Of a stretch of DNA of 64,000 nt, positions 12,641 to 24,819 are shown in pieces. The DNA comes from Octopus vulgaris (Eukaryota). The position numbers and the translations under genes were made by a program. The notes under the pieces are model-generated. The model did no database searches. It saw only the letters and a list, made by a program, of their open reading frames with translations, and had not been told where the DNA came from. Location of the stretch: positions 23,622,001 to 23,686,000 of the forward strand of contig OX597829.1 in assembly GCA_951406725.2 (NCBI GenBank). The letters are read 5' to 3'. Every line of letters begins with the position of its first letter. Positions within the stretch are counted from its first letter, which is position 1.

Positions 12641-13405
12641 GGTTCTCTATTCCAGTGGTTTTCATGGATGGTCATATCAGCTGAATACGGGTTACTCTGC
12701 ATATTGTAATGAGATAAACTAATTATTAAATAAACCCTAACTAGCGTAAAAGTTAGTTTGATCCTGGAACCAGTGGGAATATCCAGAAGATGATTGAGGA
12801 ACTGATACATAAAACATTTAGAAACATGAACTCATTTTTTTTTTTGTACATGGGCTCAAGTCAGAATGGCTCATAATGGGACACTTACTCCATCACACAT
12901 CTTTCATGCCGAAATATAGGTGAGGGTTATTGCCGCCACAGCTCAATGGAATAAGACAATCAAAATATAACAATTTGTTAGTCAACCTGTTGTACAGATG
13001 GAATAATAGACGAATTCCTTTACTGTTATTACGTTTATTAGTTCAACAGTTGAGTCTGTGTATATTCTTAATTTCTCAGCTCCCGTCTATGTCTCAATAT
13101 AACCATTTGGTATTGCTATCTAAATTATCAAACATCACTCTTAATCATTTACACAAGAGAAAATTGAAATGAAATGAAATATCTCGATATACTGAATTAT
13201 TTCCCTTTATATTCCAAGTCCAAATCTTACTCGGGTCAACTGTATTTTGTAATTTCTGAGAAAAGCGTAGGAGGGCCCGATAAAATAAATATCAGTTACG
13301 TAATAGGGTCTGCTGTAATCGACTATTCCCTTTCTGGAAGTTTAATATACACAATAGAAACTACTACTACGACTACTATTACCACTACTACTTTAACTAT
13401 ATACC

Positions 13406-13551
13406 TATTTCTTTATTACCCACAAGGGGCTAAACACAGAGGGGACAAACAAGGACAGACATAGGTATTAAGTCGATTACATCGACCCCAGTGCGTAATT
13501 GGTACTTAATTTATCGACCCCGAAAGGATGAAAGGCAAAGTCGACCTCGGC
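13406..13551 (-). mobile_element. 5'-truncated SINE B with 15-bp target duplication
   Basis: CTTTAACTATATACC at 13391-13405 and 13552-13566. CpGs intact. Confidence 0.9.
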
Positions 13552-14329
13552 CTTTAACTATATACCACTTACCCTGATATTTCATTCTGCTGTGTAGTTT
13601 TCTATAATTATGTTTGGAAATAAAATGACTAAATTAAAATTCAAACAAAAATATTTTAAGAATAATTACCGTTTCATAAATTACAAAAAAAAACTGTAGA
13701 ATAACAGAAATATTTACAAACACACGCGCGCAAGAAAAAAAATCATTAAAAATGTTTTATTTTGTAAAATCAGAGAAATGGACATGTATCAACATTAATA
13801 TTTAATTTACCGAGTTACTTCCCTTATTCCATTAAAAGCAGCAAAAAACCCAGCTACAATTGATTTAAGCACACACGCAGATACACACACACTCTGTTTA
13901 TGTCTATCTGTCTCTGTCTCTCTCTCTTTGTAGTCAAGTTACTGTTCTGAGAGGAAGTAGGCAAATCAATAGTGTCCGATCTTATTTTTTATTTTTCCTA
14001 GCCTTAAGGAATTTGACGATAGGGGGGAAATATTTCAGTCTGGGATAAAGATTAAATTACACAGTTTTATATATCGATAAAGTTACTCTCCTATTTCCAT
14101 GTCTTCTATATTTATTTATCTCTGGATAATTATTGTTTTTAACTTGAGTGACCCAAAGCTGTCAAATTAACAAAATTACAAAAGACTCGGACAAAATGCT
14201 CGGCCGTGTTTTTTCTGATGTTCTGTTGTTTTTGAGTTTAGATCCTATCGAAGTCAGCTCTGTCTTTCATTCTTTTGCGGTCAATAAAATAAAGCACCAG
14301 AACAGCGATTTCAAAAGCGACCAACAAGA

Positions 14330-14565
14330 TCAGGGAATGACGTCTCCGCATATTATCAGGTAATTGCATGCTGGAACAACGAAGAAGATGCATCTGGGAT
14401 CCGCAGTATGGTTACCGGCAAGCGTGGGGACGTCTTTCTGACTTTCATTGACAACCTGAAGGATGACGCTGGATTTGAACTGAAGGTGGCGATGATGGAC
14501 CGAGATACTTGGCGAAATGGCCTTGTCTTCGAGGACGGGGCAGGAGCACGGCCAAAATTAAAGTA
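14330..14565 (+). mobile_element. RTE-like LINE 3' relic
   Basis: Reads ...TFIDNLKDDAGFELKVAMMDRDTWRNGL, resembling the RTE ORF end (AxDRxxWR). Confidence 0.55.
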
Positions 14566-15161
14566 AAATGGGTACTTTACAAAAAATACTAGGTGGAATG
14601 GGAGAATTGTTTGAACTTAGGCTAGAATTCTTTGCAGGATGAGATTCTAAAATAGCTTCCACCTCTTCATGGGAAAAGGGGGTGGAGAAGCAAGGGAATG
14701 GGGAGGGGGTTAAAAATAGTGGCGTTGTGTTGGGTGTAAGGTTGGGTGCAAATTACACAGAGTGGCCAAAATATGCGTGTTTATCGTAGTTGAAGGCAGG
14801 TTATGCTTAAGGAAGAGAACAACTAATTTGGTTACTGCAGGGTAACCAAACTCTCTACCAGGTAAAAATGTAAAACAAAATTGGAATTCTTTGAAGAAAA
14901 ATTTTTTTTTCCAGAACCGTAATTCCCATTGTAAGGAAACAACAGGAATTATTTGAAAATGAAAGTGGGGAACACCCAGTTCCTTCCCCTTTCCCACCTT
15001 CTCAAGTGATCAGGGGCATCATTGGGCATGGGCACATTGGGCAATTGTCCTGGGTCCTCAGAGGTTTAGGGACTCAACACTAATTTATGTATACTCTGCT
15101 TGCTGTCAATAAATAAGTAAACATTTGCCATTTTGTTACCATATTTCTGTTAACATATTCT

Positions 15162-15651
15162 GCAGTTCTATATTTAAGAGATGAGGACTTATGTACATTA
15201 TTTACATTCGACAGATATTTGTCCTCATCTTGTTAGTTGTTAACACGTTTTGGCTGATATATCCTCCACAGTCTTCTTCAGGGAAATTTTGAACCTGGGT
15301 TCTCATTCCTAAGGTACTTTTTTTGATGTTGTTGTTGTTATTATTATTATTGTTGTTGTTGTTCAGGTCACTGCTTGGAATCGAATTCGGCATCTTGGGG
15401 TTAGTAGCACATGCTCTTAACCACTATGCCATATGCCCATGGGGATATGGCATAGTGGTGACCTGAACAACAACAACAACAACAATAATAATAATAATAA
15501 CATCATCAAAAAAATACCTTCGGAATGAGAACCCAGGTTCGAAATTTCCCCAAGACGCCTGATGAAGGCTGGAGGGTATATCAGCCGAAACATGTTAACA
15601 ACAAACAAGATGAGGACAAATATCCGTTGAATGTAAATAGTGTAAATAACG
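15162..15651. mobile_element. Head-to-head palindromic SINE with tRNA-like head and hammerhead/Penelope-type tail
   Basis: Minus unit 15438->15162 has A box TGGCATAGTGG and a decayed B box AATTCGATTCC. Plus unit 15441->15651 is an inverted, internally deleted copy with CTGATGA-AGGCTG..TCAGCC-GAAAC. The whole structure is flanked by AACATATTCT. Confidence 0.8.
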
Positions 15652-15790
15652 AACATATTCTACCTTTGTTTTAATCAATTTTTTAAAATAATGAAATATT
15701 TAGTAAATAACTTTCTCATTATTAAACTAAAAATTCAAGACAGCACCCCAGCATGGCCACAGTCTAATAACTGAAACAAGTAAATGTAAA

Positions 15791-15841
<51 letters not shown>

Positions 15842-15852
15842 TACATATATCT

Positions 15853-16225
15853 ATTTAAAAGAAAATTAAGAAAATGGAAATATAGAATTTAATAAAAATT
15901 TATTATCTGCAAAATTCCAACATATTCTCTTACAGTTGTTTCAATCAAGCCTAAAGGTTGAAATAGCAATTAAAATAGCAATTAATCTTTATGCTTAATT
16001 GAAACAGCTGTAAGAGGATATGCTGGATTTTTGCAGATAATAAATTTTTATTAAATGCTATATCTCCATTTTCTTAATTTTCTTTTGAATGATTATAAAC
16101 CATTTTTTTATATAGACCTATTACTTTATGATTTTTTTTAATATTGACAACAAATATTAGGTAATGAACCAGTAGTTCATTGGATATTACTATTCCTTAA
16201 TGAGGCTAATTTAACCTCTAATTGA
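15853..16225. repeat. Asymmetric fold-back element beside (TA)n
   Basis: Arms ~15853-15955 and ~15985-16090 are imperfect reverse complements. Contains GAAACAGCTGTA, the 3' half of a minimal hammerhead. Confidence 0.75.
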
Positions 16226-16519
16226 AAAAAATGTATGCACACACACACACTGATACCCACAGTCATATTGGTTTCAAATTTTGGCACAAGGCCAGCAATT
16301 TTGGAGGAAGGGGTAAGTCAATTACATTAACCCCCCAGTACTCAACTGATACTTATTTTATCAATCCTGAAACGATGAAAGGCCAAGTCAACCTTAGCGC
16401 AATTTTGAACTCAGATGATAAAGACAGACGAAATGCCGTGAAGCATTTCACCTGGTATGGTTACAGTTCTGCCAGCTCACTGCCTGAAACATACAAATTC
16501 ATATTGATATTAATTGTTG

Positions 16520-16576
16520 TGATGGTAGTTGTAAGGTCCGTGATGAGGATAATGACAATGGTGGTGGTGGTAATGA

Positions 16577-16610
<34 letters not shown>

Positions 16611-16680
16611 GGTGGCATCAGCGGTGGTGGTGGTGGTGGTAATGGTGATGGTGATGATGATGGTGTTGGTGATGATGATT

Positions 16681-16713
<33 letters not shown>

Positions 16714-16810
16714 GTGGTGGTGGTGTGGTGGTGATGATGCTGATGATGCTGCTGCTGCTGATGATGGTGATGATGAAGATGATGATGATGACAATGATGA
16801 TGATGAAGCA
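16520..16810. repeat. GAT/GGT trinucleotide low-complexity tract
   Basis: Directly visible. Confidence 0.95.
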
Positions 16811-17264
16811 TCATTGTCACCAGCCTATCATTGCTCTGCTTTTCATTCTCACCACCATCACTACCACTATCCATCCATCCATCCAGACAGACAGACAGAC
16901 ACAAAATCGATCCATTCAGGATGTGAAATTGAAAATTAAAAAAAACAAAAAACATTTAAAACATCATTTCTCAGTTGTCAGACTATTATCAGGATATCAA
17001 TTCCACATGGACCTTTGCTGCTTAATGAAATAAATATTGTATACTTTATGTATGAGCCGTGTATTGTTGTCTTGTGTGGAACTAAAGAATATGGAATCTG
17101 TTCATCCACCATTTTCTGATGTCTCTTTTGCATATATAACAAGTTCCCTTTTGTTGTTTCACATTCTTATAAAGTCGCTAACACTGTGGTGTTTCTATCC
17201 CATTTCCACATACCTTTCAGGGCAGGCAGTAGGTATTGATAAAGTGGCTGTATGGTAAGTAGCT

Positions 17265-17572
17265 ATGGAGGCATAATGGCCTAGTGGTTAGGGCAGCGAA
17301 CTCGCGGTTGGAGGATTGCAGTTTCGATTCCCAGACCAGGTGTTGTGTGTGTTTATTGAGTGAAAACACTCAAAAGCTCCATGAGGCTCTGGCAGGGTGT
17401 GGTGGCAACCCCTGTTGTACTCTTTCGCCACAACTTTCTCTCACTCCCTCTTCCTGTTTTTTGAGTAACGCTGCGATGGACTGATACCCTGTCCAGCTGG
17501 AGGGAATACATACGCCACAGAAACCGGGAAACCTGGCCCATGAGCCTGGCTAGGCTTGATAAGGGCGACGTT
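17265..17572 (+). mobile_element. SINE C nested in the head of a SINE A
   Basis: The SINE A head is split, with near-duplication ATGGTAAGTAGCT / ATAGTAAGTAGCT on either side. Confidence 0.8.
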
Positions 17573-17681
17573 TATAGTAAGTAGCTTGCTTACCAACCAC
17601 ATGGTTACCAATCTTGGGCAAGTGTCTTTGGGTTGACCAAAGCCTTGTGAGTGTATTTGGTACACGGAAACGTGTGCACAT

Positions 17682-17712
<31 letters not shown>

Positions 17713-17784
17713 CGTGTGTGTGTGTCTGTGTGTGTGAGTGTGTGTCTGTGTGTTTATACATATATATATGCACATACATATATA

Positions 17785-18000
17785 CACATGCCTGACCAAA
17801 AGTCATGCACCAAAACATTTGAGATTTCATTTTATTTGTTATGTTATTATTCATTTAGTTCGCTACATACAACAACATATGTATTTATTTCAATTTTATT
17901 TATTCTATTCAATTTTAGAAAAACAAGCATATCTTCGACAATTCTGATGTTTCTAAGTGTCGAACTATAATTTCTGCATGACTTTTGGCCCACCCTGTGT
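17785..18000. mobile_element. Tc1/mariner-type MITE
   Basis: Inverted ends share CCAAAAGTCATGCA; the right end reads CAGGGTGGGCCAAAAGTCATGCA on the minus strand. Confidence 0.6.
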
Positions 18001-18029
18001 GTGTGTATATATATATATATATGCATACA

Positions 18030-18548
18030 TCTATTATAATAAAAGGGAAATTCTGTCTGTTTGGGACCTGTGTATCTACATTTGCTGTACATAGATATAT
18101 TAGAATCAGGATATCCTGGGACTGAAGGTCATTTGGTTCTTGTACATCTAGCATAGGAATCTGATTTAAAAGCATTTAGGTTGCTATTTCTAGCAAGTAA
18201 AGTTTGTCTGATTCATGCCATCTTGGTTGGTGTTTTGTCAGATGATGTCAGAGATCAAAGGAGAGATAAATGATACTTGCTTCATTAATTTTACATCAAG
18301 ATAAGAACTTTGGGACAACTTGGCCAACAGTTGGAATTCAACTCGGGACTGGAACACTAGAATGATTGCATTATAGAATTATTTCTCATCCATCCATAAC
18401 CTTTGATCAAACTCCATTGGGGAATATAACCATTACAAGTGTATTATAGTCATGCTGTTTAGCTCTCTTTAGTTTTGGGCCACAGGCCCAATTAACTCTC
18501 CATAGGAGCTTGCTTAAAAGTCCACACGGGGTGCGGGTTTTAAGCTAG
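18030..18548 (+). mobile_element. Non-autonomous Helitron
   Basis: A|TCTATTATAATAAAAG start, subterminal hairpin TCCACAC-GGG-GTGCGGG, CTAG|T end. Confidence 0.65.
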
Positions 18549-18580
<32 letters not shown>

Positions 18581-18939
18581 TATATGCATCCCTTTTCCAA
18601 CTTGTATGGGTTGGACAAATTTTTTTAACCCAGTGCCTTGTCATTTGTTTTGTTCTTTTGTTGTCTCTTTTATCAGGTTCAATGTCTTGACATTAGCTTT
18701 AACTATTTCTGCCCATGTCTACCTTAGATATCCTGGCTCTTTTTTATCTGCTACCATCCATACACATTATTTTTCTGTCTATATCAATATAATCTCTCTC
18801 TTGCACACTACATCTAATTCCTTTTATACTCAGCAGTACAAACTGACACTACACATCTAGCTTTATTCCTCTCTAGCTTTTTTACAGGTGGATGTTAATT
18901 GATAATGATGAATTACATATATGTATTTGTGTTTGTGTG

Positions 18940-19290
18940 ATGTTGCATGGTCATTGGCCTTGAATACTGAAGACTTGCAAAGACTAGAAAGAAAGGAAGT
19001 TAGCATGTTCTGGATGTGCAACATTAGTGTGCATAAATAGCAGAGTATAAATGAGCTGAAAGAAAACCTGGGTATAAGAGGAATCAGGTGCAGTATACAA
19101 GAGAGGAAGGATTTGTTAATATGGACATGTGATGTGTATGGAAGATGACTACTGTACAAAGACAGTGCTGAGCACCCTATGTTAGTGGTACTTGTGGAAG
19201 AAGGAGACCAAGGAAATTGGGATGAAGTGGGGAAGGGGCTGACAGGACTGCAGAAGACCTGACCACCTATGTACCCATGGCAAAACATAT
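18940..19290 (+). mobile_element. Old RTE LINE 3' relic
   Basis: WMCNISVH...LKENLGIRGIRC...YGHV, homologous to 20141-20458. Confidence 0.7.
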
Positions 19291-19499
19291 TGAAACAAAG
19301 GTAGTGTTTAGAAGTGGAGATATTTTGAATACTTGTAGGTAGATTTGGTCAGCAGAAACAGGAAGATGTCTGTCATATATATATATATATATATATATAT
19401 ACCGGAGTAAACACATAAATGTGAAACAAGGTGGAAAAAAGAGTACTCAAATACCAGTGGTAGAGTAATATGCTTTATTTTAAGCAGCAGAAAATTCAA

Positions 19500-19549
19500 C
19501 AAAATCTGTTACTCTGAGTTTCTCGTTGCCGTTCATCAGACAGTTTTTG
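19500..19549 (-). ncRNA. Minimal type-I hammerhead ribozyme (mirror copy)
   Basis: Reverse complement of 19601-19650. Confidence 0.8.
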
Positions 19550-19600
19550 CTAGAATGGAACATATATATTAATTGAATTAATATATATGTTCCATTCTAG

Positions 19601-19650
19601 CAAAAACTGTCTGATGAACGGCAACGAGAAACTCAGAGTAACAGATTTTG
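19601..19650 (+). ncRNA. Minimal type-I hammerhead ribozyme
   Basis: Stem I CAAAA-a-CTGT / ACAG-a-TTTTG; core CTGATGA; stem II CG-GCAA-CG; GAA; stem III ACTC-A-GAGT; cleavage triplet GTA ending at 19640. Confidence 0.8.
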
Positions 19651-19676
19651 TTGAATTTTCTGCTGCTTAAAATAAA

Positions 19677-19707
<31 letters not shown>

Positions 19708-19709
<2 letters not shown>

Positions 19710-21180
19710 CGTAGAAGTGGCTGTATGGTAAGTAGCTTGCTTATGAACCACATGGTTCCAGGTTCAGTCCCACTGTGTGGCACCTTGGGCAAGTGTCTTC
19801 TACTATAGCCTCGGGCCAGCCAAAGCCTTGTGAGTGGATTTGGGAGACGGAAACTGAAAGAAGCCCATTGTATATATGTGATAGCTTCCGTTATCTAGGT
19901 GACCAAGTCAGTAGTGGGGGTGGGTGCGCTGAAAGTGTAACTGCTAGAATAAGAATAGCCTGGGCAAAGTTTAGGGAGCTCTTACCTCTGCTGGTGACTA
20001 AAGGCCTCTCACTCAGAGTAAAAGGCAGACTGTATGATGCATGTGTACGAACAGCCATGCTACATGGCAGTGAAACACGGGCTGTGACTGCTGAGGACAT
20101 GCGTAAGCTCGCGAGGAATGAAGCCAGTATGCTCTGATGGATGTGTAATGTCAGTGTACATACTCGACAGAGTGTTAGTACCTTGAGAGAAATGTTGTAC
20201 CTAAGAAGCATCAGTTGTGGTGTGCAAGAAAGACGATTGTGCTGGTATGGTCATGTGGCGAGAATGGATGAAGATAGGTGTGTGAGAAAGTGCCAATCCC
20301 TAGCAGTTGAGGGAACCCGTGGAAGAGGTAGACCCAGGAAAACCTGGGACGAGGTGGTGAAGCACGACCTTCGAACTTTAGGCCTCACTGAGGAAATGAC
20401 CAGCGACCGAGACCTTTGGAAATATGCTGTACGTGAGAAGACCAGGCAGGACAAGTGAGCCCAGCCCACTTATGCATGCCTTTCCTCCCTTGGACACAAA
20501 GACCTGTTGAGGCAAGCGAAGTCGATATAGAACCTCATCCGATGACAGGCACCCATGCCAACCCCCTTTGCTTGTGAAGACATGTTGGGGCAAGCGAAAT
20601 CGAAATCGAAATCGAATTCAACCAGCCAGGACCCCTGGACTGGTGGTACGTAGAAAGTACTATCTGACTCGTGGCCGATGCCAGCGCCACCTCGACTGGC
20701 TTCCGTGCCGGTGGCATGTAAAATGCACCAATCCGACCGTGGCCGTTGCCAGCCTTGCCTGGCACCTGTGCAGGTGGCACGTAAAAAGCACCCACTACAC
20801 TCACGGAGTGGTTGGCGTTAGGAAGGGCATCCAGCTGTAGAAACATTGCCAGATAAAACTGGAGCCTGGTGCAGCCTTCTGGCTTCCCAGATCCCCAGTC
20901 GAACCGTCCAACCCATGCCAGCATGGAGAACGGACGTTAAACGATGATGATGATGATGATGATGATGATGTTTGTGTGTCTGTGTTTGTCCCCCCAACAT
21001 CACCTGACAACCGATGCTGGTGTGTTTATGTCCCCGTAACTTAGCGGTTCAGTAAAAGAGACCGATAGAATAAGTACTAGGCTTACAAAGAATAAGTTCT
21101 GGGATCGATTTGCTCGACTAAAGGTGGTGCTCCAGCATGGCCGCAGTCAAATGACTGAAACAAGTAAAAGAGTAAAAGAG
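19708..21180 (+). mobile_element. SINE A split by an RTE insertion
   Basis: SINE head at 19708-19878 and tail at 20969-21180. Confidence 0.9.
19879..20968 (+). mobile_element. 5'-truncated RTE LINE (RT C-terminus, 3' UTR, GAT tail)
   Basis: DSFRYLGDQ, ARIRIAWAKFREL, VRTAMLHGSET, one in-frame stop, WYGHVARM, GTRGRGRPRKTW. UTR has GTGCCGGTGGCACGTAAAA repeats and GGCGTTAGGAAGGGCATCCAGC. Tail-only copies at 4184-4400, 21445-21680, 30740-31065, 33865-34070, 35730-36020 and 39070-39277. Confidence 0.92.
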
Positions 21181-21289
21181 TATATATAGCAAGCAGAGTG
21201 GCATAATTTCAAGGCCACAACAAAGCAAAGAAGTGCATTGTGCAATGTATAACAACATCCAGTAATCTGGTCAATGAAGTTATAGTGAT

Positions 21290-21293
21290 ATAT

Positions 21294-21324
<31 letters not shown>

Positions 21325-21395
21325 CCATCACCACCACCACGACCACCACGACGACGACCACCACGACGACGACCAACACAACCACCACCACCACC

Positions 21396-21443
<48 letters not shown>

Positions 21444-21728
21444 GTTGTTTAATGTCCACTCTCCATGCTGGAATGAATTGAATGGTTTGACATGGAGCTG
21501 GCTAGCAGAGAGATGTCCAGACTCCAGTTGTCTGTTGAGGCATGATTTCTATGGCTGGATGCTCTTCCTAATGCAACCACTTAGCAGAGTGCGGTGGGTG
21601 TTTTTTTTACATGTTACTGGCACAGGGACCTTTACACAGCGCTGGCAGGTTCTTTTTAAGTGGCACCAGTACTGGAAGATACAAGCATGTATGTGTAGAA
21701 GACATACATACATACATGTATGTATGTA

Positions 21729-21793
<65 letters not shown>

Positions 21794-21830
21794 ATGTATG
21801 TATGTATGTATGTATGTATGTATGTATGTA

Positions 21831-21881
<51 letters not shown>

Positions 21882-22134
21882 ATGTATGTATGTATGTATG
21901 CATGCATGCATGTATGTGTGTATGCATGTATGTATGTATGTATATATGTATGTGAGTATGTATGTATGCATGTGTGTATGTATGTTTGTACATATGTATG
22001 TGAGTATGTATGTATGCATGTATGTATGTATGCATGTATGCATGTATGTATGCATGTATGTATGCATGTATGCATGTATGTATGTATGCATGTATGTATG
22101 TATGTATGTATGTATGTATGTATGTATGTATGTA

Positions 22135-22185
<51 letters not shown>

Positions 22186-22232
22186 ATGTATGTATGTATG
22201 TATGTATGTATGTATGTATGTATGTATGTGTG
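21290..22232. repeat. CAT/CAC and compound TATG/TG microsatellites
   Basis: Directly visible; source of many spurious ORFs. Confidence 0.95.
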
Positions 22233-22576
22233 ATCTTTTCTGTTACTGACATTTGCCTATTTTTTAGATTTTGTTCCAATTGTTTTCAAATTTGGTATAC
22301 TTATGTAGTTTCGTAAGTTAATTATGGAACTGAAATTCAGTTTTTCATAATTTAAAAAATAAGTTAATAGGTTTTAAAGTTTGCAACTTTTGGGTAATTT
22401 TAGCCAATCAAAAGCCACTGACGCATTGGTGTTTGTGTCCATAGTAACAAGCTAAACTATTGTCTGCTTAAATTTACTACAACCACTATGTGTATTTTCT
22501 CAAGCTATTTTCTTTCATGAGTACCTATATTCCAAACTTTCATTTTTGAAATTTCACTGAAAGAATATATTTGTTG

Positions 22577-22651
<75 letters not shown>

Positions 22652-22953
22652 CATACATTATTCACTGTGTAAAGACCAACGTGGATGACTGAATGGAAGG
22701 CAAGAACCATTCTGTCTTTATGGCAGTATATTTACTACTGATGTGACCTCTGCTCTGCAAAGCTAGCAGCTGCCTGGTGCTACCTCCTTCATTCAGGTCC
22801 TCTCAGCTCACTTATCTCTCATCCTCTTGTCATCCGTATCGTGCCCACCACTTCCTATCCTATCTCAGACATTTCTACTTAGTCTTGCCCCCCACCCACT
22901 AGAATATTACTCTTCTGGAATAACTTCTATGTAAGTTGATGTTTAGAGGTGCA

Positions 22954-23184
22954 CTAACCCTTTAGCATTTAAACTGGCCATAAATGACCCAAATATTCTA
23001 CCTGTCTTTCAGTTCAAACCAGTCAGATCCTGCCTGTCACACCTACCCTAAAATGTCATTTTAATTATAAACTATCACATCACTGAAATCTTGAAGCTAC
23101 AAGATAATGCATGATTAATCTAAAAAACAATGTGAATAAATAAGCATTACCTTTGACAGAGAAATCTGAATGCTAAATGGTTAA
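22954..23184 (+). mobile_element. piggyBac-type MITE
   Basis: CTAA|CCCTTTAGCATT ... AATGCTAAATGG|TTAA. Confidence 0.8.
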
Positions 23185-24338
23185 ACTATGCCAGTCAGAC
23201 GAATCTTGGAGTCTGTGAATACTATGAGCACAGACCCTTCCACCAAGCCAAAATCACACCATTAAAATAGACCACCTCTCCACATTTAACTTTATAATCG
23301 TCATCAGTCGCTAGGTCCACATGCAGTGTGTTCTACACAATATTTCTATACACGTTCCATGTTTAACTTTATGATGAGAAAGCTAAAGAGGGAGAGCCCT
23401 TTTACTGTTGCATGTCTTTCCAGAAACAGATTCAACTCCTCTCCAAATTATATCCTGCGTACAAAATGATGGAATTGTCAATGTTGGGAAGACATATATC
23501 ATAGGTCAGATAGAACTGTATCGACGTGAGGTTAAATATGAACAATAACAGGAGCTAAGCATCAACAGTGGGTGACGTTCCCTTCATTAATTTATAAAAG
23601 TAATTCAAGGGGAGTAACTCTCTGAAACATTGCTCCTTAATTTATTGAAAGAAGACGTTCAAAGTATAACAGATAATAAGAAGGGGGTTCTTAAACTTAC
23701 GGATACCCGTTTCCCCCAACCTCAAAAAATATTACTGAAATCTCCTCCTCCCCCTGTTTATGAACACGACAACATTTTCCCGTTTTTTCTATGGTGTTGG
23801 ATACTTTTAAGATCATTTTAGTTTTTATCAAGCTTCGCAATTTATCGTCCCCTTTCTTTTCGATCCTCGCAGCCCCCCCCCCTACAAGAATGAGTGGGAG
23901 CATCCTCTCCATCCTGCTATGAGAAACATTGACCCTAATTACCTGCCATATGCATTCTGGGTCAAATTTTCATTTTCATTCATTTGGAATTTACAAAAAT
24001 TTGATATCAATGAACCAAGAGGACTGTTTAAAAGGCAGTAGCCATTAACTAATTTTCTGATGTTCTCCCATACTTTCGATATTGGTACATTTTATATTCA
24101 ATTCAGGTTGGTGCTGGTGGAAAACCCTGGGGGCAGGGATTGACATTTTAAATATGGCTTTCTCCACATATATAAAAATAAAATAGGCAGCTTCAGAAAT
24201 GTCACTAAGACTACAAGAGAACAATTATGCAGATTTTTAACTGGTTAGAACTAGCAACCAAATCTCCTGCATATAATATTCTACAGTTTTAAAAACAGGT
24301 TCCATTTGATATGTTGTCCAAGATAGATAGTATGCACA

Positions 24339-24369
<31 letters not shown>

Positions 24370-24819
24370 TGAGATGGTCATAGGTGGACTACCCCTTTGA
24401 GTGTATATTGCATGCTTATTTAGATTTGACCCTGAGATAAATATTAATCTCATAAGACCCAAATACCAAACTGAGATGCACAGCTTTAATGATGAAAACA
24501 AGCAAAAACAAAAATTTATATATAATAAACCAACAAAATGTTTCACTCCTTGACTAAGTGACTAAATCCATCTTGGTCTACTATGCTTTGACAGCACTGG
24601 AACCTGGAGGCTTGCAGGAGCAAACCGGTCAGTGGATGAACTGTAATATACCTCCAGTGTCACTCCAATCCTCCTTGCTCCTATATTGTTAATCACTGAT
24701 TGCTGAAGTGTGTAGTATTGTCTTCAAATAAAAAGCTGCATGATATATGTAGAGCACAGATCTGTAGTAGTTTATCTTTTAGCATTCAGATTACTCTGTT
24801 AAGTGTAATGCTTATTAAC

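Larger units (their letters stand above)
19401..19677. mobile_element. Fold-back (Penelope pLTR-like) insertion in (TA)n
   Basis: Arms 19473-19574 and 19576-19677 read as perfect reverse complements around G19575. The left unit extends a further ~70 bp to 19401. (TA)n on both sides. Confidence 0.9.

Noticed and set aside
20680-20800. Spaced repeats GTGCCGGTGGCACGTAAAA resembling a CRISPR array (also 41470-41680)
   Set aside because: Part of an RTE 3' UTR; the spacers are related to each other; eukaryotic context with no cas genes.
21445-22316. Long ORFs of up to 262 aa (CMYV/HTYI repeats)
   Set aside because: Translations of TATG/TG microsatellites that lack stop codons.
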